From: Candidatus Hadarchaeales archaeon
GTDB taxonomy: Archaea > Hadarchaeota > Hadarchaeia > Hadarchaeales > JAWBSP01
Length of the DNA: 26,898 nucleotides
Reading direction: 5' to 3'
Assembly (NCBI GenBank): GCA_038842485.1
Contig: JAWBSP010000016.1
Span: 1-26,898 of the forward strand
Below, piece by piece: positions 24,576 to 26,898 of this stretch (the stretch's first letter is position 1; each line of letters opens with the position of its first letter). Made by a program: the position numbers and the translations under genes. The notes beneath the pieces were generated by a model that saw nothing but the letters and a program-made list of their open reading frames with translations, did not search any database and had not been told where the DNA came from.

Positions 24576-25952
24576 TCAAGCTTGGAGAAGGTTCTCGAAT
24601 CCTTCAATGAAAGCCTCCGTTTTCTCCTCCGGAATCTGGGCCCCGCACGCCACCGAGTGCCCCCCACCCTCTCCACCCACCGACTCGGCCGTCTTTTTCA
24701 TGATTGAGGCTAGGTCTATCCCCCTCAGGAGCAGGAGCTTCGAGCATCGGGCCGAAATTCTGGCTATCCCCCCCTCCCTCACTATTCCCAAGATCGGTTT
24801 GTACGGGTCGCAGATCCCCGAGGAAAGGGCAAGCCCCGCGAGGGTGCCCACGAAGCTCTCCCTTATCACCCCCGTGAGGTCGAAGAACTGTACCTTCCCT
24901 CCCGGCCCGGTTTTCACCCCCTCATTCTGGAGCACCTCCAGCGCCTTGGAGAGGAATTTCCTGTACTCGCAAAGAAGCCGGGTCATGGTTCTGTAGTAAG
25001 GTCCCCTGTCACCCTTGGCCAGCTCGAACCCGACCCTGGGCTGCTCGTGTCTGGCGGTCGAGTTGAGACAGGTGGCGAACTCGGAGGCCTCGTAGAGGGG
25101 TGAGTTCTCCTCCTCCCTCACCAGTAGGTAGGTTTCCCCCCAGATGAGGTGCGGCAGGTGGGGTGAGAGCTCCGGTGGGATTACCGACGCGGCCCGCCTC
25201 CTGAGGGCTTCCGCGAGCGCACGCTTCTCCTCGGGTGTGAGATCGGCCACCCTTCTCCACCTCCCCCCCTCCTGCTGGGGGATTCCGAGCTCCTTCAGAA
25301 GCGAAACCGCTCCCACGGTTGAGTTGCTGAGCCCCGGAACGAAGGGGTCGCAGAAGCCCATGACGCTTTTGAAGAGGGGTCTCGTGTACTTCCCGAACAG
25401 GAGGAGATCTTCCCTCACCTCCACCTCTCCCCCCGCCTCCGCGAGTATTCTCCGGTTATACCCCTCCAGTTTTCCCCAGAGGTTCTGCACATCTCCCACC
25501 GCTCCAAGCAGGGCGAGCTTTGCGAGATCCCTGTTCTCCCCCAGCAATCTGCACAGGAGGTACGCCATTCCCGACCCGCTTATCTCCCGCGCCCCATCCA
25601 GCCCAAAAAAGTGCGCGTTCAGGTGGATTGATTCGTCCCACCTCTCCCCAGCCTCCGGAGGGTGGTGATCGCAAATGATGGTCTCTCTTCCCCTCCAGGG
25701 CTTGAGGTTGCCGAGCTGCGAGCTGCCCAGGTCGGCGAAGATGGTGAATTCGGCTGGATTGATCTGCTCGACCACATCTCGGTAAAGCATCCTCACGAAC
25801 CTGACGTTGTGCTCAATGTTCTTGCGCTCCAGCGCTTTGGAGAGGATGGCCGCCGCACAAACGCCGTCCGCGTCCATGTGGGAGATGATCTCAATGGTTT
25901 CGTTCCGGTTGCGGAGGATTTTCTCGACGGCGCGCCTGAGGTGGAGGAACAT
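24576..25952 (-). CDS. RecJ/Cdc45-like DHH family nuclease
   Basis: SHMDADG, DLGS, CDHH, EISGSG, GAVGD and DHHA1 motifs ISAR...GGGHSVACGA. Confidence 0.92.
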   Translation of the reverse strand: MFLHLRRAVEKILRNRNETIEIISHMDADGVCAAAILSKALERKNIEHNVRFVRMLYRDVVEQINPAEFTIFADLGSSQLGNLKPWRGRETIICDHHPPEAGERWDESIHLNAHFFGLDGAREISGSGMAYLLCRLLGENRDLAKLALLGAVGDVQNLWGKLEGYNRRILAEAGGEVEVREDLLLFGKYTRPLFKSVMGFCDPFVPGLSNSTVGAVSLLKELGIPQQEGGRWRRVADLTPEEKRALAEALRRRAASVIPPELSPHLPHLIWGETYLLVREEENSPLYEASEFATCLNSTARHEQPRVGFELAKGDRGPYYRTMTRLLCEYRKFLSKALEVLQNEGVKTGPGGKVQFFDLTGVIRESFVGTLAGLALSSGICDPYKPILGIVREGGIARISARCSKLLLLRGIDLASIMKKTAESVGGEGGGHSVACGAQIPEEKTEAFIEGFENLLQA

Positions 25953-26066
25953 GCCGATAAGTTAGCTTAGGGGTATTAATCTGCCAACCGCTCCGAGGAC
26001 CCTTGATTGGGGTGTTTTAGTTTTTGTCGAGCTAGGAGAGATAATTAGCGGGGGAGCGATTCTCGT

Positions 26067-26789
26067 ATGGGGAAAAGAGAAGCCCTAGATGAATTCGTCC
26101 GGCGACTTCGAGCGAGCTTGGGGAACCGAATAACCGGTATATACCTTTATGGTAGCATGGCAAAGGGCAAGGCGGAGGCAGGCAGTGATATCGATGTGCT
26201 CCTAGTTTACAGGGATATCGACCGAACCGAGTTGTTGGACAAGCTGAGCGACTTGACCTTCGATATAGCCTGCAAGCATGGCGAAGTGGTTGAACCCATC
26301 ATCCTTCCCCATGACGAGTTCAGACGACAGGTGGGTCGGTCGCCTTTTCTTTGGGAAGTTTTAGAACATGGACAAACCATATTTGAGGCCGAATCCTCAA
26401 CGGAGCGGGAGTTCAGATTTGAAGAGCAGTTGAAGCTTGCCGAAGAATATTTGCGATATGCACGTAAAGCTCTGAAGGAAAATGAATACAGATTGGCGAT
26501 TGACACCGGTTATAACTCGATTGAGCTCTCGATTAAAACGCTTATAATAAGCACGAAAACCGAGCTGGCCTCCTCTCATGGGGGTGTTTTGACCCAGTTT
26601 GGTGATTTGTTTATAAAAACTGGAAGGATAGAGAAGAACATCGGGAGGGATGCCCATCGAGCTCTGATGCTGAGGGCACAGGCGAGGTATCTTCCTTCTG
26701 CGCAATTGACCAGAGCCGATGCCGAGTTTGTCGTTTCGCTCGCGGAAAAAATCTTGGGGGTTGTCAGGCAGATATTGAAAATACAATAA
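26067..26789 (+). CDS. Fused minimal nucleotidyltransferase (MNT) and HEPN domain protein
   Basis: LYGSMAKG...SDIDVL (MNT). C-terminal helical HEPN with YNSIE..IKTL, SHGG and RAQARY. Confidence 0.85.
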   Translation: MGKREALDEFVRRLRASLGNRITGIYLYGSMAKGKAEAGSDIDVLLVYRDIDRTELLDKLSDLTFDIACKHGEVVEPIILPHDEFRRQVGRSPFLWEVLEHGQTIFEAESSTEREFRFEEQLKLAEEYLRYARKALKENEYRLAIDTGYNSIELSIKTLIISTKTELASSHGGVLTQFGDLFIKTGRIEKNIGRDAHRALMLRAQARYLPSAQLTRADAEFVVSLAEKILGVVRQILKIQ

Positions 26790-26843
26790 TTTTCTCTCCA
26801 TTGAGGGTGTCTAGACCTTTAGGCGAGTGACCTCCTGTACCTA

Positions 26844-26898
26844 CTACCCAATCGCCTCAGTCCCTAGTGCAGCAATGAGGAGCTTCCAGTCCTCCCCC
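26844..26898 (-). CDS. Possible 3' end of a gene entering from beyond the window
   Basis: A minus-strand frame reads GEDWKLLIAALGTEAIG followed by tandem TAG TAG. Confidence 0.3.
   Translation of the reverse strand, partial: GEDWKLLIAALGTEAIG

Noticed and set aside
199-26801. Numerous long antisense or alternate-frame ORFs in the ORF track (e.g. 3645-4382, 18385-19134, 20533-21276)
   Set aside because: They are shadows of well-supported genes on the opposite strand or in another frame, with no recognisable motifs.

Overview
Archaeal chromosomal segment, moderately GC-rich. The gene complement and leaderless TATA-type promoters suggest a thermophilic euryarchaeal-type lineage such as Hadarchaeota; this taxonomy is inference only. 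Core genes: aRF1, pyrH, valS, hsp20, minD, gatCAB, top6AB, ATP-dependent DNA ligase, adk and a RecJ-like DHH nuclease. They are interleaved with accessory modules: an AbiE-like type IV toxin-antitoxin pair, two radical SAM enzymes, two AAA ATPase/PD-(D/E)XK proteins and an MNT-HEPN fusion. Two unexplained array-plus-small-protein loci stand out. (1) A stand-alone Cas2-like protein (11046-11291) lies directly upstream of seven copies of a 16-bp near-palindrome, TGTAACACGTGTTTCA (10818-11027). The repeat resembles parS and there is no cas1 in the window. (2) Ten 9-bp direct repeats (21270-21359) run into a gene for a MerR/BldC/IS607-type HTH plus winged-helix protein, which is coupled to an ExeA/TniB-like AAA+ ATPase. 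A membrane-anchored coiled-coil gene also occurs twice in inverted orientation (1-88 and 19054-19416). Several genes carry their own palindromic operator between TATA box and start codon. All protein calls come from motif recognition by eye; no searches were run.
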